DNA of 64,000 nucleotides from Verrucomicrobiota bacterium (GCA_013820875.1 JACDHS010000001.1:87154-151153); one strand, 5' to 3'; shown: positions 7,945 through 18,916, numbered from the stretch's first letter. Notes: generated by a model from the sequence alone, not told the origin. Numbers and translations: made by a program.

Positions 7945-8688
7945 ATGTTGCGACTGGATCAGGCAATGGTGGACCGAGGGATTTCGGACAGCCGAGAGAA
8001 GGCAAAACGAGCGATTCTAGCAGGACAGGTGCGCGTCAATCAACAGGTCGCCCGCAAAGCCAGTGATGCGGTCAAGCCAAATGACGAAATCACGCTTGAA
8101 GCCCAGGAAAAATTCGTCAGCCGCGGGGGACACAAGATTGAGCACGCGCTCGACTTCTTCAAAATCGACGTTTCAAATCTGACCACGATTGATCTTGGCG
8201 CCTCCACGGGCGGGTTCACCGACTGCCTGCTGCAACGCGGCGCCGCAAAAGTCTATGCGGTGGATGTGGGGCATGGCCAATTGGCGTGGAAATTACGCAC
8301 GGATCCACGCGTGGTGGTGATGGAACGAACGAATGCACGACAACTCACGCCATCCCAGTTCCCCCAACCTTTTGCTCCCGCCGATCTGATTGTTGCTGAC
8401 TGCTCTTTTATATCGCTGAAAAAAATTCTTCCGCCTGCGATTGCTTTGCTGCGCTCCGGGGGTAAAATCGCCGCACTAGTTAAACCGCAGTTTGAAGCAG
8501 GAAAAGAAGAAGCTGACCGTGGTGCTGGCGTGATTAGAGACCCGAAAATTCATGCACGGGTGCTTGCGGAGCTGAAACAGTTCAGTGAAGAGGAACTAAA
8601 ACTGAGATGGATCGGCCAGACAGAGTCTCCCCTGCTCGGTCCCGCGGGTAACAAGGAATTTTTGGTGTTGCTTGAAAAAGAGGCCTGA
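7945..8688 (+). CDS. tlyA: TlyA-family rRNA 2'-O-methyltransferase
   Basis: An S4-like N-terminus (RLDQAMVDRGISDSREKAKRAILAGQVRVN) is followed by FVSRGGHKIEHAL and the SAM motif DLGASTGGFTDCLLQRGA. Confidence 0.9.
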   Translation: MLRLDQAMVDRGISDSREKAKRAILAGQVRVNQQVARKASDAVKPNDEITLEAQEKFVSRGGHKIEHALDFFKIDVSNLTTIDLGASTGGFTDCLLQRGAAKVYAVDVGHGQLAWKLRTDPRVVVMERTNARQLTPSQFPQPFAPADLIVADCSFISLKKILPPAIALLRSGGKIAALVKPQFEAGKEEADRGAGVIRDPKIHARVLAELKQFSEEELKLRWIGQTESPLLGPAGNKEFLVLLEKEA

Positions 8689-9556
8689 GAAAATCAATCG
8701 TATTGGAATCATTGCCAACTCGGAGAAAGCTTCGAGCCGAAGCGTGGTTCGACAGGCTGTTCAATTGATCCGCAAACACGGAGGTGTCGTGGTTTGCGAT
8801 GCCGAAACTGCCCGCCTCGCGGACGTGGAAGCGGAAACCTTCACGAAACCATCCTCGCTCGCACGCAACGTGCAATTGCTGGTAGTTTGCGGCGGAGATG
8901 GAACGATGCTCCGCGTGGTTCGCGAAATGCACGGCGCAACCACTCCTCTTTTTGGCATCAACGTCGGTCGTCTCGGCTTTCTCACTGCCGTTCCTTCACA
9001 ACAGATACGAGAAGCGTTTGCCAAGATTTTTTCTGGCGAGTATTCGATTGAAAGCCGCCCGCTCATTGAAGCAACGGGATTCGCAAGAGGAGTAAAAATT
9101 CAGCAGTCAGCTTTGAATGACCTGGTCATCAGTCGCGGCGCCATCCCACGCATGATTGAACTGGAAGTCAGCATCAATGGCGAAATTGTAACGCGTTACC
9201 GTTGTGACGGACTGATTGTGAGTTCACCGACGGGTTCAACCGCCTATTCCCTTTCCGCGGGTGGCGCAATCATCAGCCCGGACGCGAATGTTTTCGCCAT
9301 CACCCCAATTTGCCCCCACACCCTGTCCAATCGTTCGGTGATCGTCGGATTGGAATCGAAGATCCAGGTGAAGGTTGTCAGCGAGAAAGTGGACACAACC
9401 ATCAGCGCGGATGGGCAGGTGCAGATTGACTTGGATGCCGGCGACGTGATTACAATCCAGAGGAACCGTCGTTCAGTGCGCCTGCTTCACCTCGCTGGCA
9501 CATCCTTCTTCGATACCGTGCGCCGCAAGTTGCACTGGAGTGGTTCAAACGTTTAA
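8672..9556 (+). CDS. nadK: NAD(+) kinase
   Basis: GGDGTMLR motif, NVGRLGFL, SSPTGSTAYSLSAGG. It overlaps the tlyA stop by 17 nt. tlyA-nadK is a widespread synteny. Confidence 0.9.
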   Translation: MKKRPEKINRIGIIANSEKASSRSVVRQAVQLIRKHGGVVVCDAETARLADVEAETFTKPSSLARNVQLLVVCGGDGTMLRVVREMHGATTPLFGINVGRLGFLTAVPSQQIREAFAKIFSGEYSIESRPLIEATGFARGVKIQQSALNDLVISRGAIPRMIELEVSINGEIVTRYRCDGLIVSSPTGSTAYSLSAGGAIISPDANVFAITPICPHTLSNRSVIVGLESKIQVKVVSEKVDTTISADGQVQIDLDAGDVITIQRNRRSVRLLHLAGTSFFDTVRRKLHWSGSNV

Positions 9557-9557
9557 T

Positions 9558-10568
9558 ATGGTTCGCCTCAAAGATATCGCCCTGCGCGCAGGTGTTTCCG
9601 TCATGACAGTGTCCAAAGCGCTGCGTGACGAAACGGACATTTCCGCTACAACCAAAACCCGCATCAAACAACTCGCTCAGGAACTTGGCTATGTGCCCGA
9701 CTCCATCGCACAGGGATTGCGGAACAAAACGACTAAGCTGCTGGGGGTGGTAATCTCTTCGACGACAAACCCGGTTTACGCCCGCATGGTGATGGCTCTC
9801 GAGGATCAGGCTTACGAACTCGGCTACGAGATGATTTTGGCGCACACCCGGAACACGCCGGAACGCGAGGATGTTCAGATTCGTCGTTTGTTGTCGCGGC
9901 GCGTGGATGGCATCTTCATTTCTCCTGTGTATCGCCTTGCGCCAACCGCGCCGATCTACGAAGAATTGAAACGCAGGGGGAGCCCTGTTGTTATCCTCGG
10001 TCACCTGGCAGCATTTTGCAGCCATTTCCCAAACGTCGAAACGGATGATATACAAGGCAGCTTCAATGCTACGAAACATCTCCTGCAGATTGGCCACCGT
10101 CGCATCGCCTATTTCTCCGGCCCGGTAGCTTCGCCGTTTGCGCAAGAACGCTATGAAGGCTATCGGAGGGCGTTGCGCGAATTTAAAATTGAGCCGGATG
10201 AAAAATTAATTTTCAACGCGGGAACCACCATAGACGAAGGCGGAAAAGCGGCATTACAGTTTCTCAATGAAAATGCGAATGCAACTGCCATTCAATCCTT
10301 CAACGACCTCGTGGCGATCGGTGCCAGCAACATCCTGCTCAATCAGGGGGTAAAGATCCCCAAACAAATATCGATGGTAGGATTCGGAAACATTCTAACC
10401 TCCGAACATTTTCGTGTTCCACTCACCACAGTCCGACAGCCCAAAGCACGTCTGGGCATCGCGGCAATGGAGTCCATGATGAAAATCATTCGTGGAGAAC
10501 GACCTGCATCGAGGCGTCTGCCTGCGGAATTAGTCATTCGCAAGAGCACCTGCGCGCCTTGCGCCTGA
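9558..10568 (+). CDS. LacI-family transcriptional regulator
   Basis: MVRLKDIALRAGVSVMTVSKALRD is the HTH, followed by a periplasmic-binding-protein-like core. The ATG at 9558 lies 1 nt after the nadK stop. The first ATG of the tracked ORF (9540) overlaps nadK and is less likely. Confidence 0.9.
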   Translation: MVRLKDIALRAGVSVMTVSKALRDETDISATTKTRIKQLAQELGYVPDSIAQGLRNKTTKLLGVVISSTTNPVYARMVMALEDQAYELGYEMILAHTRNTPEREDVQIRRLLSRRVDGIFISPVYRLAPTAPIYEELKRRGSPVVILGHLAAFCSHFPNVETDDIQGSFNATKHLLQIGHRRIAYFSGPVASPFAQERYEGYRRALREFKIEPDEKLIFNAGTTIDEGGKAALQFLNENANATAIQSFNDLVAIGASNILLNQGVKIPKQISMVGFGNILTSEHFRVPLTTVRQPKARLGIAAMESMMKIIRGERPASRRLPAELVIRKSTCAPCA

Positions 10569-10578
10569 TCGTCCGTGC

Positions 10579-11706
10579 TTATTTTCTTTTCCAGGAAGCG
10601 ACGAACATCCCATTGCCACCAAATTCCTGTGGCCACATGAACAAATCACGTTTGATTGTTTTTGGCTGCAGTGGATTTGGAAAGTCAACAGGCTCGAAAT
10701 CAGGAAAAGCTTTTTGAAAAGCTGTCACCACATCGGTCGTCTCCGCACGAGTCAGCGTGCAAACTGAATAGACCAGTTTTCCGCCGGGTTTAACGGATCC
10801 CGCCACATTTCCCAGGAGACGCGATTGCACTTCAGCCAACTCGCTGACGTCCTGTGCGGTTGTCGTCCAACGCGCGTGCGGATTGCGCTGCCAGGTTCCA
10901 ACCCCGCTGCAAGGCGCATCCACGAGGACGCCGTCGAATTTGGTTTTCGTCGGAAGTTTCTCACTGCCATCCCAACTGACAGCGCGATAGTTGAACGCTT
11001 TCGCGCGAGCCGCACGTTGCTTCAATCTTTTTAAACGCCATTCAGCACGATCACTCGCCCAGATCAGGCCTTTGTTCTGCATCAGTTCGGACAAGTGCAA
11101 GGTCTTGCCACCTTCACCCGCGCAGGCATCCCACCACGTTTCACCCGGCTTCGGATCACAGATGACACTTACGGCTTGAGAGGCAATATCCTGGAGTTCG
11201 AATAAGCCTTCGTGAAACTGTGGCGTGCGGAAAAGATCAATCGAACCCTCGTATTCAAGTGCGTCGGGCAGGTTGGCATTTTCGGGAACAGAACAGTAGC
11301 GCAATTCCCTTTCCACTGCCTCGCGCATGCCGTGCTTGGTGCGGAGCCAAAGCTTCGGTTCCTTTTGCAATGCCCGGGCGAACGCAGGCGTGACATCCAC
11401 CTGCTCGCGAATCCAGTCGGGGACAGCTTTTGCCACCATGTGATCATCAAAGAAGCTGTCCGGATACTCCCGAAACTTTTCGGTGAGTCGCAAAGCTTTT
11501 TCCATTCTCGACGGCAGCGGTTCTTTCGCATTCATCCAACCGAGCCAGCGAAAATACGCGAAGATTGCCTTGCTGATCTCCCAACCATCATCGCGGGTCA
11601 ACCCGCGTTGCTTGCGCAATTCATCGCGCAACACAGCATCCGCAGGATGATTCGCATCTGACTTTTCAATTACCGCAGTCGCAACTTTAAAAAAAACTTC
11701 GTTCAT
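10579..11706 (-). CDS. RsmB/RsmF (NOL1/NOP2/Sun) family RNA m5C methyltransferase
   Basis: DACAGEGGKTLHL (SAM pocket), DGVLVDAPCSGVGTWQRNP and the catalytic-Cys block YSVCT. Confidence 0.85.
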   Translation of the reverse strand: MNEVFFKVATAVIEKSDANHPADAVLRDELRKQRGLTRDDGWEISKAIFAYFRWLGWMNAKEPLPSRMEKALRLTEKFREYPDSFFDDHMVAKAVPDWIREQVDVTPAFARALQKEPKLWLRTKHGMREAVERELRYCSVPENANLPDALEYEGSIDLFRTPQFHEGLFELQDIASQAVSVICDPKPGETWWDACAGEGGKTLHLSELMQNKGLIWASDRAEWRLKRLKQRAARAKAFNYRAVSWDGSEKLPTKTKFDGVLVDAPCSGVGTWQRNPHARWTTTAQDVSELAEVQSRLLGNVAGSVKPGGKLVYSVCTLTRAETTDVVTAFQKAFPDFEPVDFPNPLQPKTIKRDLFMWPQEFGGNGMFVASWKRK

Positions 11707-11741
11707 AAAAAATGAAGGCGCAAAGATGCACTTTGCGCCTT
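11705..11741 (-). terminator. Rho-independent terminator of acnA
   Basis: aaggcgcaaag (11715-11725) / 5-nt loop / ctttgcgcctt (11731-11741) forms an 11-bp perfect stem. On the minus strand it is followed by a T-run (the + strand A-run at 11706-11712). Confidence 0.65.
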
Positions 11742-11758
11742 TGGAGCTGGATCAATAC

Positions 11759-14602
11759 TTAGGCTTGGGCGACTAATTGCCGCAAGACATAAGGCAGAAT
11801 TCCGCCATGTTGATAATAGTCGATTTCAATCGCTGTATCAATGCGACACGCGACCGGCACATCCTGCACCTGGCCATTCGCACGGGTGATCCGTAACGTG
11901 AGATCCTGTTGCGGCTTCAAAGTGGCATCCAAACCAACGATGTCGTAAGTCTCCGAACCGTCGAGAGCAAGGCTTGAAGAGGATGTCTCATCTTTGAATT
12001 GCAACGGGAGAACGCCCATTCCAACAAGGTTGGAACGATGAATACGCTCGAAGCTCTGGGCAACCACTGCGCGAACACCGAGAAGCTTTGTGCCTTTTGC
12101 AGCCCAATCACGGGAACTGCCTGTGCCGTATTCGTGACCGGCGACAACCACAAGCGGCGTACCCTTTTCGGCATACTTCATAGCTGCATCAAAGATGGAC
12201 ATCTCCTCGCCCGTTGGCTGGAACGTGGTAACGCCGCCTTCCACACCAGGCACCATCAGGTTCTTGATACGAACATTGGCAAAAGTGCCGCGGGTCATCA
12301 CGCGATCATTCCCACGGCGCGCGCCGTAGCTATTGAAATCAACATAATTAACGGCTTCATCCATCAGGTACTGTCCGGCGGGGGAAGTTTTCTTGATACT
12401 TCCGGCAGGTGAAATGTGATCAGTCGTGACGCTGTCGCCGAAGATGCCGAGCGGACGTGCGCCCTTGATCTCGGTGATTTGGCCAGCTTGCATTCCGAAG
12501 TTCACAAAGAACGGCGGCTCCTGGATATAGGTGCTCTTCGCATCCCATTCGTAAACGTTGCCGGTGCTGGAAGGAATCTCGTTCCATTTCGGATTCAGTT
12601 TTTCGAAATCTTTGTAAAGCGTGCGGAACACTTCAGGTTTAAGCGCGGAGTGCATGACATCGCGAACTTCCTGGATGCTCGGCCAAATGTCCTTCAGGTA
12701 AACATCTTGTCCATCTTTGCCTTTTCCAATTGGATCATTGGACATGTCAATGTTCACCCGGCCAGCCAATGCGAATGCCACAACCAACGGAGGCGACATC
12801 AGGAAATTCGCTTTGATGCTCTGATGCACGCGGGCTTCGAAATTCCGGTTTCCGGAAAGCACTGAGGCAGCCACGACGTCATTTCTGACGACCGCATCTT
12901 CAATCTGTGAATCCAGCGGGCCAGAATTTCCGATGCACGTTGTGCAACCGTAGCCAACTAAGTTGAAACCAAGCTGGTCCAGGTACGGTTGCAAACCCGT
13001 TCTATCCAGGTAATCACTCACCACCCGCGATCCAGGAGCGAGCGAAGACTTCACCAGCGGATTTGGAGTAAGTCCTTTTTCAACGGCTTTCTTGGCCAAC
13101 AACCCGGCAGCGAGCATCACCGATGGATTGCTCGTATTTGTGCAACTCGTAATTGCGGCAATCAAAACACTGCCGTGACGGATATCACCTTCGCAGACTT
13201 CAGAGGGGGCCTGCACGCGGTCTGGCGTCGGACGATTGTTTGCCATTTCCAACTCAGTCGTTGCGTTGGTGTTCTGCTCCATGGAGCGATGCAGCGAGAC
13301 CGGTTCCTGGCTACCGCCGCCCGGGATTGCATTTCCATTGCAGTTGACTGGGAAAACAAGATCCAGATCGCTGGCAGCTTTGCCAAAGCCGCTTTCGGAC
13401 GGCGGTTTTGAAAATGCCTTTACGAACTCTTCTTTGAGCTTGGGCAATTCAATCCGGTCTTGCGGACGCTTCGGACCGGCCACACTCGGAGTGACTGTTG
13501 AAAGATCCAATTCGAGGTTTACCGAGTAATCAATCTGGCCCTTCTGCGGAATGCCGAAGAGGTTCTGTGCTTTGTAATAATTCTCGAACGCAACACATTG
13601 TTCCTCCGTGCGGCCCGTGGCGCGCAGGTAGGAAACTGTTTCGTGGTCCACCGGGAAGAAGCCCATCGTCGCTCCATATTCCGGAGCCATGTTGGCAATC
13701 GTGGCGCGATCAACCACCGGCAGAGCAGTCGCACCAGGACCATAGAACTCAACGAACTTACCAACGACTTTCGCTTTGCGCAGCAGTTGAGTAATCGTCA
13801 GCGCCAAATCAGTCGCAGTAACCCCTTCCTGCAACGCGCCCGTGAGATGAACGCCCACCACATCCGGCGTCAGGAAATAAACAGGTTGCCCGAGCATCCC
13901 GGCTTCCGCTTCAATTCCGCCAACACCCCAACCGACGACACCCAAACCGTTGATCATGGTCGTGTGCGAATCGGTTCCAACGAGTGTGTCGGGATAATAA
14001 ACACCGCGTTGATCGAACAGAACGCCCTTCGCCAGGTACTCAAGATTGACCTGGTGAACGATACCGATGCCGGGCGGCACCACCTTGAAAGTTTCAAATG
14101 CCTGCATCCCCCATTTCAGCAATTGGTAACGCTCACGATTGCGTTTAAACTCGATTTCCAAATTCTGCTGGTAAGCTTCCGGGGTTCCCGCGAAATCCAC
14201 TTGCACGGAATGATCGACCACCAGGTCCACAGGGACGAGCGGCTCGATCATCTTCGGATTCTTGCCCATGCGTGAGACTGCGGAACGCATTGCGGCCAAA
14301 TCGACCAGCAACGGCACGCCCGTAAAGTCCTGCAAAACGATGCGCGCGACAACAAAAGGAATTTCATCCGTGCGCGCCGCCATTGCATCCCACGAGGCCA
14401 GAGTGCGCACGCTTTGTTCGGTGACCTTCTTGCCGTCGCAATTACGCAGAATGGACTCGAGAACAATCCGGATGGAAACCGGCAGGCGCGAAATTTTGCC
14501 GAGCCCAGCTTTTTCCAGGGCCGGCAGAGAATAGAAGTGAGCTTGTTGACCATTACCGCGATCGAATGTTTGTAGGGAATCGAATGAATTGTGAGCGTTC
14601 AT
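11759..14602 (-). CDS. acnA: Aconitate hydratase A
   Basis: 947 aa from [13 protein letters not shown] (ATG = complement of 14600-14602). Aconitase blocks include [53 protein letters not shown] and the swivel-domain [16 protein letters not shown]. Confidence 0.95.
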   Translation of the reverse strand: MNAHNSFDSLQTFDRGNGQQAHFYSLPALEKAGLGKISRLPVSIRIVLESILRNCDGKKVTEQSVRTLASWDAMAARTDEIPFVVARIVLQDFTGVPLLVDLAAMRSAVSRMGKNPKMIEPLVPVDLVVDHSVQVDFAGTPEAYQQNLEIEFKRNRERYQLLKWGMQAFETFKVVPPGIGIVHQVNLEYLAKGVLFDQRGVYYPDTLVGTDSHTTMINGLGVVGWGVGGIEAEAGMLGQPVYFLTPDVVGVHLTGALQEGVTATDLALTITQLLRKAKVVGKFVEFYGPGATALPVVDRATIANMAPEYGATMGFFPVDHETVSYLRATGRTEEQCVAFENYYKAQNLFGIPQKGQIDYSVNLELDLSTVTPSVAGPKRPQDRIELPKLKEEFVKAFSKPPSESGFGKAASDLDLVFPVNCNGNAIPGGGSQEPVSLHRSMEQNTNATTELEMANNRPTPDRVQAPSEVCEGDIRHGSVLIAAITSCTNTSNPSVMLAAGLLAKKAVEKGLTPNPLVKSSLAPGSRVVSDYLDRTGLQPYLDQLGFNLVGYGCTTCIGNSGPLDSQIEDAVVRNDVVAASVLSGNRNFEARVHQSIKANFLMSPPLVVAFALAGRVNIDMSNDPIGKGKDGQDVYLKDIWPSIQEVRDVMHSALKPEVFRTLYKDFEKLNPKWNEIPSSTGNVYEWDAKSTYIQEPPFFVNFGMQAGQITEIKGARPLGIFGDSVTTDHISPAGSIKKTSPAGQYLMDEAVNYVDFNSYGARRGNDRVMTRGTFANVRIKNLMVPGVEGGVTTFQPTGEEMSIFDAAMKYAEKGTPLVVVAGHEYGTGSSRDWAAKGTKLLGVRAVVAQSFERIHRSNLVGMGVLPLQFKDETSSSSLALDGSETYDIVGLDATLKPQQDLTLRITRANGQVQDVPVACRIDTAIEIDYYQHGGILPYVLRQLVAQA

Positions 14603-14943
14603 AAATTTATCTCCACCGAAAGACCCTCCGGCAGGCACACGAAAATGAAGTTTGCCTTCGGAAGTGTCAAGATGCTGTAAGAACAGAATCATCTGGGGCG
14701 GGGTTCACCACAAAGGCACAGAGCGGCAAAGCCGCAAACAAAAAGGTGGACAGCGCAGGCGAGCTGCCAGATCGATCTGGCCGATCGAGTGGAGCCGCAC
14801 CCGTGCAACTGGCGATAGGGCGAGGCCGTTGGTGATGTCGTCGTTCTGGTTTTCGGGCCTTTATTATCAATGGTAAGTCAGAGCGCGATAGGTTGTGTTT
14901 CGGTGCGGAAGCACCTCCAAACCCGGTGGGGTTTTGCTGAGAC

Positions 14944-15104
14944 AAAACCCTGACTTCTGCCTTCCGCAATTCCTCACCAAGCCTGGTACGTGCGTGTTTT
15001 GTTTTAAGATATATGGGTGGGCGGAGTTGGTTTTCATTAGCTTTGAAATACCAACACGCAGGTACCATGCTTGATTAGGATTGAGAAGGCAGAAATTAGG
15101 GTTT
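14944..15104. repeat. MITE-like palindromic element, copy 1 (~160 bp, ~50-bp terminal inverted repeats)
   Basis: Left arm aaaaccctgacttctgccttccgcaattcctcaccaagcctggtacgtgcgtgtt. Right arm aacacgcaggtaccatgcttgattaggattgagaaggcagaaattagggtttt. A further outer inverted pair lies at 14917-14936 and 15151-15170 (ccaaacccggtggggttttg / caaaaccccaccggggtttt). Confidence 0.7.
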
Positions 15105-15283
15105 TGACAAAACAGAACTAGAAACCAGACGAACCGCTCACGCGGTTGCGCAAAACCCCACCGGGGTTTTGAATGCTGGCGCAGGAACGATGGTGCTCAC
15201 AGTGGCGAAGTATTCAAGAATCGGTGGGGCGTTCCTGCAGCCCGCACAGCCGGGCAGCGATTCTATAGTTTTTACCTTGGACG

Positions 15284-15442
15284 CCCTGACTTTTGCCTTC
15301 CACACCACGTGAAGTTTGGTGTGTGCGTGTTGTTCGTTTGAGATATTCGGATGCGAGGGAGTTGGTAATCATTCGCTCTGAAATAGCAACACGCACGTAC
15401 CAGGCTTGGTGAGGATTTGCGGAAGGCAGAAATTAGGGTTTT
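15284..15442. repeat. MITE-like palindromic element, copy 2
   Basis: ccctgacttttgccttcc ... ggaaggcagaaattagggtttt. The central segment aligns directly with copy 1 (gagatattcggatgcgagggagttggtaatcattcgctctgaaatagc versus aagatatatgggtgggcggagttggttttcattagctttgaaatacc). Its right arm is nearly the exact reverse complement of the left arm of copy 1. Confidence 0.7.
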
Positions 15443-15699
15443 CACACAGGAAAACCCCACCGTTTTTTTGGAGCATCACCTAGCGGTGATGCAGAGGCGA
15501 TGTTTGGGTTCAGCTTCGTCAGTTTGCCCAGCCAATGTTTTGCGGGTTTGTTGGACATCGGGTTGTTGGAAGAGATTTTTACAGGGAAACAAACCGGTTG
15601 TCGCTGCGTATTACTTTCCGGTTCGCGGACACTTTTCCCCTCTGCATTTTGGCGGCTCTGAACCCGGAAAAAAAGGTCCGATTCAGGGCCAGATCGGCA

Positions 15700-15812
15700 T
15701 TTTTTCCGGCGGAAAAGTTCTGATCAGAAGCTGACAACGATTTTTCCCGCCGGTAAAAAACGTAATCAGAAGCTGACGGAGACTTTGTCCGCCGGTAAAA
15801 ATGCCGGTTCGG
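15700..15812. repeat. Short tandem repeat, about 2.5 copies, period 41-43 bp
   Basis: tttttccggcggaaaagttctgatcagaagctgac / tttttcccgccggtaaaaaacgtaatcagaagctgac / tttgtccgccggtaaaaatgcc. Unit starts are at about 15700, 15741 and 15784. Confidence 0.55.
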
Positions 15813-15943
15813 GGCTGTTCCCGGTTTGTAACAGCGGTAAATACAATGATTTACGATTGGAGGACTCGGCACGTTGTTCCCTCTGACCACATTACTTTAT
15901 TGCGACCTTGCCGCGCGTGCCACCGCGGTTGAAATTCGGATCA

Positions 15944-18916
15944 CTACTTCTGCACTTTGGCCGTCGTAATGTAATCCAACAGGTCCGCCATTTGTTCCGG
16001 TGTCAGTCCTCCTTCGAGACCTTCGGGCATGAGCGATTGTTGTTGGCTCTGCATCTTCTTGATATTGGAACGAGGCACGACATCTTCTTTGCCGTAAGCC
16101 GCGCGAATGGTCACGCTGTTGGCGGTTTCGTTCACAATCATACCGATCAAACTTTCGCCGTCCGCAGTTTCCACTTCATACGCCTGGAATTGAGGGGCAA
16201 CTTCCGCATTCGGATCCAGGATACTTAACAACAACTTGTCCTTGCCTGTGCTTTGAACAGTGATGAGATCCGGCCCAAGTGTGAAACCTTGCCCGGCAAA
16301 CTGATGGCACGCAGCACACCGCTCCATGTAAATCACCTGTCCGTTCAGCAGATCACCTTTGAGTTCCACTGACGGCATGTAGGTATCGATAACATCCTGT
16401 CGTTGCGACGTTACTTCCACCAGCACCGCGTTCGCCTTCGCCTGAATTGTCTTGTCACGATGCGTTCGCAAAAACTTTTCCTGGGTGCTGTTCAACTGAC
16501 TCCTCGCAATCGTGCCACGCTGAACCGCATCAAGGAGCACACCAGCCCGGGCAGGTCGCGCCAGTAACATCGTGACCGCTTCATCGCGAACGCGCGGCGT
16601 AAAGTTGCCCCAGCGTTGAACCATTTGATCCGCCACACGCGCCTGGTCAAAGCGTCCCAACGCATTGACGGCAGCCAGTTGAATCACCTGAGGTTGATTC
16701 AGCTCCAGCAAAGAAATGAGCACACCGGAAAAATCCTCTGGCAACAGACCAAGTAACGCGATGGCTTCCAGGCGCACCGGGGCGGCAGCGGAAGGATCTT
16801 TCACGGTTTGGACCGCGATTTGAGACAAATTTTTCAAACCAGTTTGTGGCAATTGCGCGAGGGAACTCTTGGCGCGCTCCAATCCTTCTCCGATCGCGCG
16901 CACAAGCGAAAACGCCAGCATCGGTTCGACTGACTGCCCGAGGAATGCCCCTACCCGGTTCACTTCCTCTTTGTCATTCTTTGCCCCGATCATTTTCGCG
17001 AGTTCGGAAAGGAATTGTCGTCCCTTCGCGTCAGAAACAAACTTTGGATCCACCGACACAATGCTGAACATCTCCCCTGCCCCATTGGCAAGCGAGCTCA
17101 GCACCGCCGCGCGCATCCATTGGCTCCCGAAATCCCGAGCCAGGCATTCCGCCAGTGCCGCATTCCGCTCTGCGTGCTGGAGCTCTCCCAGCGTGAACGC
17201 CAGTTGATAAACCACATTGATCGAAACATCCGCCGGCATCTGTCGAAGCTGCGCCCACAACGCGGATGAAGGCGTTCCATTGCTCAACACTTTCTCCGCA
17301 AGACGCACTGCGTGTTGGCGCACCAGTTCGTTCTCATCTTTCAAAGCAGTCAGAACATGACCTTCCCGCAGCATTTCCAACCCGGCCAAAGCGTATAAAG
17401 CATGCATGCGAGCGTAGGGCGATTTGGACTTCTCAACCATCTTTCCAAGCGCGTGGCTTGCCATTTTATCCTGGCGTTCGAATAGCAACCGGGCCGATGT
17501 GTCGCGATACCATCCGTTGGCGTGCTCCAGTGTGGATACGAGTTGCGCAGTTTTCGCTTTGCTGAGGCGCGGAATCTTCGGCTGTTTAAAACCATTCGGC
17601 ACGATTCGATAAATGCGTCCGCGATCGTTCCCGTTATTCAAATCCAGGTACTGTTTGATTTCTTCCGGCAGCGACCACGGGTGCTCGATGATCTCGCGAT
17701 ACATATCGATCACGTAAAAACAACCATCCGGTCCGTTGGCAAATTGCGTGGGACGAAACCACGTGTCGCGTGACGCGAGAAATTCAAAGTCCTGCTCATC
17801 TTTCGGACGCGCCGCTTTCAAATCCAGGCCTTCCTGCGAAACAATTTTGCGATGCATCAGGTTGCCTCCAGAGTCAGCGGTGAAGGCGTTGTCCATGAAC
17901 TCCGGCGGAAATGTGTTCCCGCGATAGATCGTGGCGCCCGTCGCTCCCGTGAAATAACCGGAGGCACGACCGCCCCCTTCCACCACTCCTTTCACGACTC
18001 CTTCCTTGCGCCACTTGGTTCGGATGACACGCCACGGTTCTTCCGGGCTTATCCGATACACTTCCGCCGCACCGCCATCCACGGCAATAGAGACCAGGGC
18101 TTTCGGCATCGCATAGTAAGGATTCCGATCCCCATAACGCCCCTCGTACATCCAGGCCATCAAATGTTCGCTGTTGCTGGAACTAAATTTTCGGCCCCGC
18201 GAATCGAAGCTCATGCCGTATTGGCCACCCCCGCTCTCCGCGATCATTTCGAAGGTGCGCGGGTCAAAGGAAAAATTGCGATTGTTCAGATCGAGCGGTT
18301 TATCCGTCTTGCGAATCATGTTCGTGACAATCCCCCCGTTCGAAGCGGACAAACCGTGAATCCGGTTATCCAATGACCAATTGAAACTGTTCAACAACGC
18401 CTGCACGTTCAAGCGGCTCTTGGTGTTTCCGAACCCGTTATAAATCAATTGCCGGATGTCCGCTTTGCCATCGCCGTTGGTATCCTTGAAATAGAATACA
18501 TCAGGCGTGGAACCGACAAACACGCCTCCTCCGTAACAAATGATCGCCGTGGGCCACGGCAACCCCTCGGCGTAAACGGTGCTCTTGTCGAAGCGGCCAT
18601 CGCCATTGGTATCCTCCAACATTTTCACGCGTCCGAGCCGTTCATCGCGGCGCTCCGAGTAATCCCGCATTTCGATGACAAACAACCGGCCATCTTCATC
18701 AAATGAAAGCGCGATGGGATCCACTACCAACGGTTCGGATGCGATCAGTTCGAGACGAAAGCCTGGTTTGATTTGAAAGGTTCCGACGGCATCCGCCACT
18801 TCCACGGCCGGAAAGCTCGGCAAATCCCTGGCAGGATCAATCGCTGGCGGCTTATCCTGGGCAAACCCGGTCGCGGAAAAAGAAATGGCAAAGAGTGCGG
18901 AAAGGAGAATACGCAT
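15944..18916 (-). CDS. PVC-type haem-binding CxxCH protein (putative membrane-bound dehydrogenase domain + HEAT repeats + C-terminal cytochrome c domain)
   Basis: Signal peptide MRILLSALFAISFSATGFAQ. FQIKPGFRLELIASEPLVVDPIALSFDEDGRLFVIEMRDY and EDTNGDGRFDKS mark the dehydrogenase-type N-terminal domain. HEAT-like repeats follow. The C-terminus has CAACHQFAGQG...GPDL and M-PEGL. Confidence 0.85.
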   Translation of the reverse strand: MRILLSALFAISFSATGFAQDKPPAIDPARDLPSFPAVEVADAVGTFQIKPGFRLELIASEPLVVDPIALSFDEDGRLFVIEMRDYSERRDERLGRVKMLEDTNGDGRFDKSTVYAEGLPWPTAIICYGGGVFVGSTPDVFYFKDTNGDGKADIRQLIYNGFGNTKSRLNVQALLNSFNWSLDNRIHGLSASNGGIVTNMIRKTDKPLDLNNRNFSFDPRTFEMIAESGGGQYGMSFDSRGRKFSSSNSEHLMAWMYEGRYGDRNPYYAMPKALVSIAVDGGAAEVYRISPEEPWRVIRTKWRKEGVVKGVVEGGGRASGYFTGATGATIYRGNTFPPEFMDNAFTADSGGNLMHRKIVSQEGLDLKAARPKDEQDFEFLASRDTWFRPTQFANGPDGCFYVIDMYREIIEHPWSLPEEIKQYLDLNNGNDRGRIYRIVPNGFKQPKIPRLSKAKTAQLVSTLEHANGWYRDTSARLLFERQDKMASHALGKMVEKSKSPYARMHALYALAGLEMLREGHVLTALKDENELVRQHAVRLAEKVLSNGTPSSALWAQLRQMPADVSINVVYQLAFTLGELQHAERNAALAECLARDFGSQWMRAAVLSSLANGAGEMFSIVSVDPKFVSDAKGRQFLSELAKMIGAKNDKEEVNRVGAFLGQSVEPMLAFSLVRAIGEGLERAKSSLAQLPQTGLKNLSQIAVQTVKDPSAAAPVRLEAIALLGLLPEDFSGVLISLLELNQPQVIQLAAVNALGRFDQARVADQMVQRWGNFTPRVRDEAVTMLLARPARAGVLLDAVQRGTIARSQLNSTQEKFLRTHRDKTIQAKANAVLVEVTSQRQDVIDTYMPSVELKGDLLNGQVIYMERCAACHQFAGQGFTLGPDLITVQSTGKDKLLLSILDPNAEVAPQFQAYEVETADGESLIGMIVNETANSVTIRAAYGKEDVVPRSNIKKMQSQQQSLMPEGLEGGLTPEQMADLLDYITTAKVQK

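Noticed and set aside
13598-14275. Long antisense ORFs inside well-supported genes. Examples: 13598-14275 in acnA, 9450-10145 in the LacI gene, 17852-18376 and 21790-22371 in the haem proteins, 32808-33566 in GH28, 41989-42735 in uxaC, 48699-49460 in dnaE2
   Set aside because: Each is fully embedded opposite a gene with strong family motifs. Their translations are low-complexity and Arg/His-rich, with no recognisable motifs.
14667-15460. ORFs 14667-15068, 15214-15396, 15272-15460 and 15417-15734 in the acnA upstream gap
   Set aside because: They run through the MITE-like palindromes. Similar peptides arise from both copies because of DNA repeat similarity, and they have no start or RBS context or motifs.
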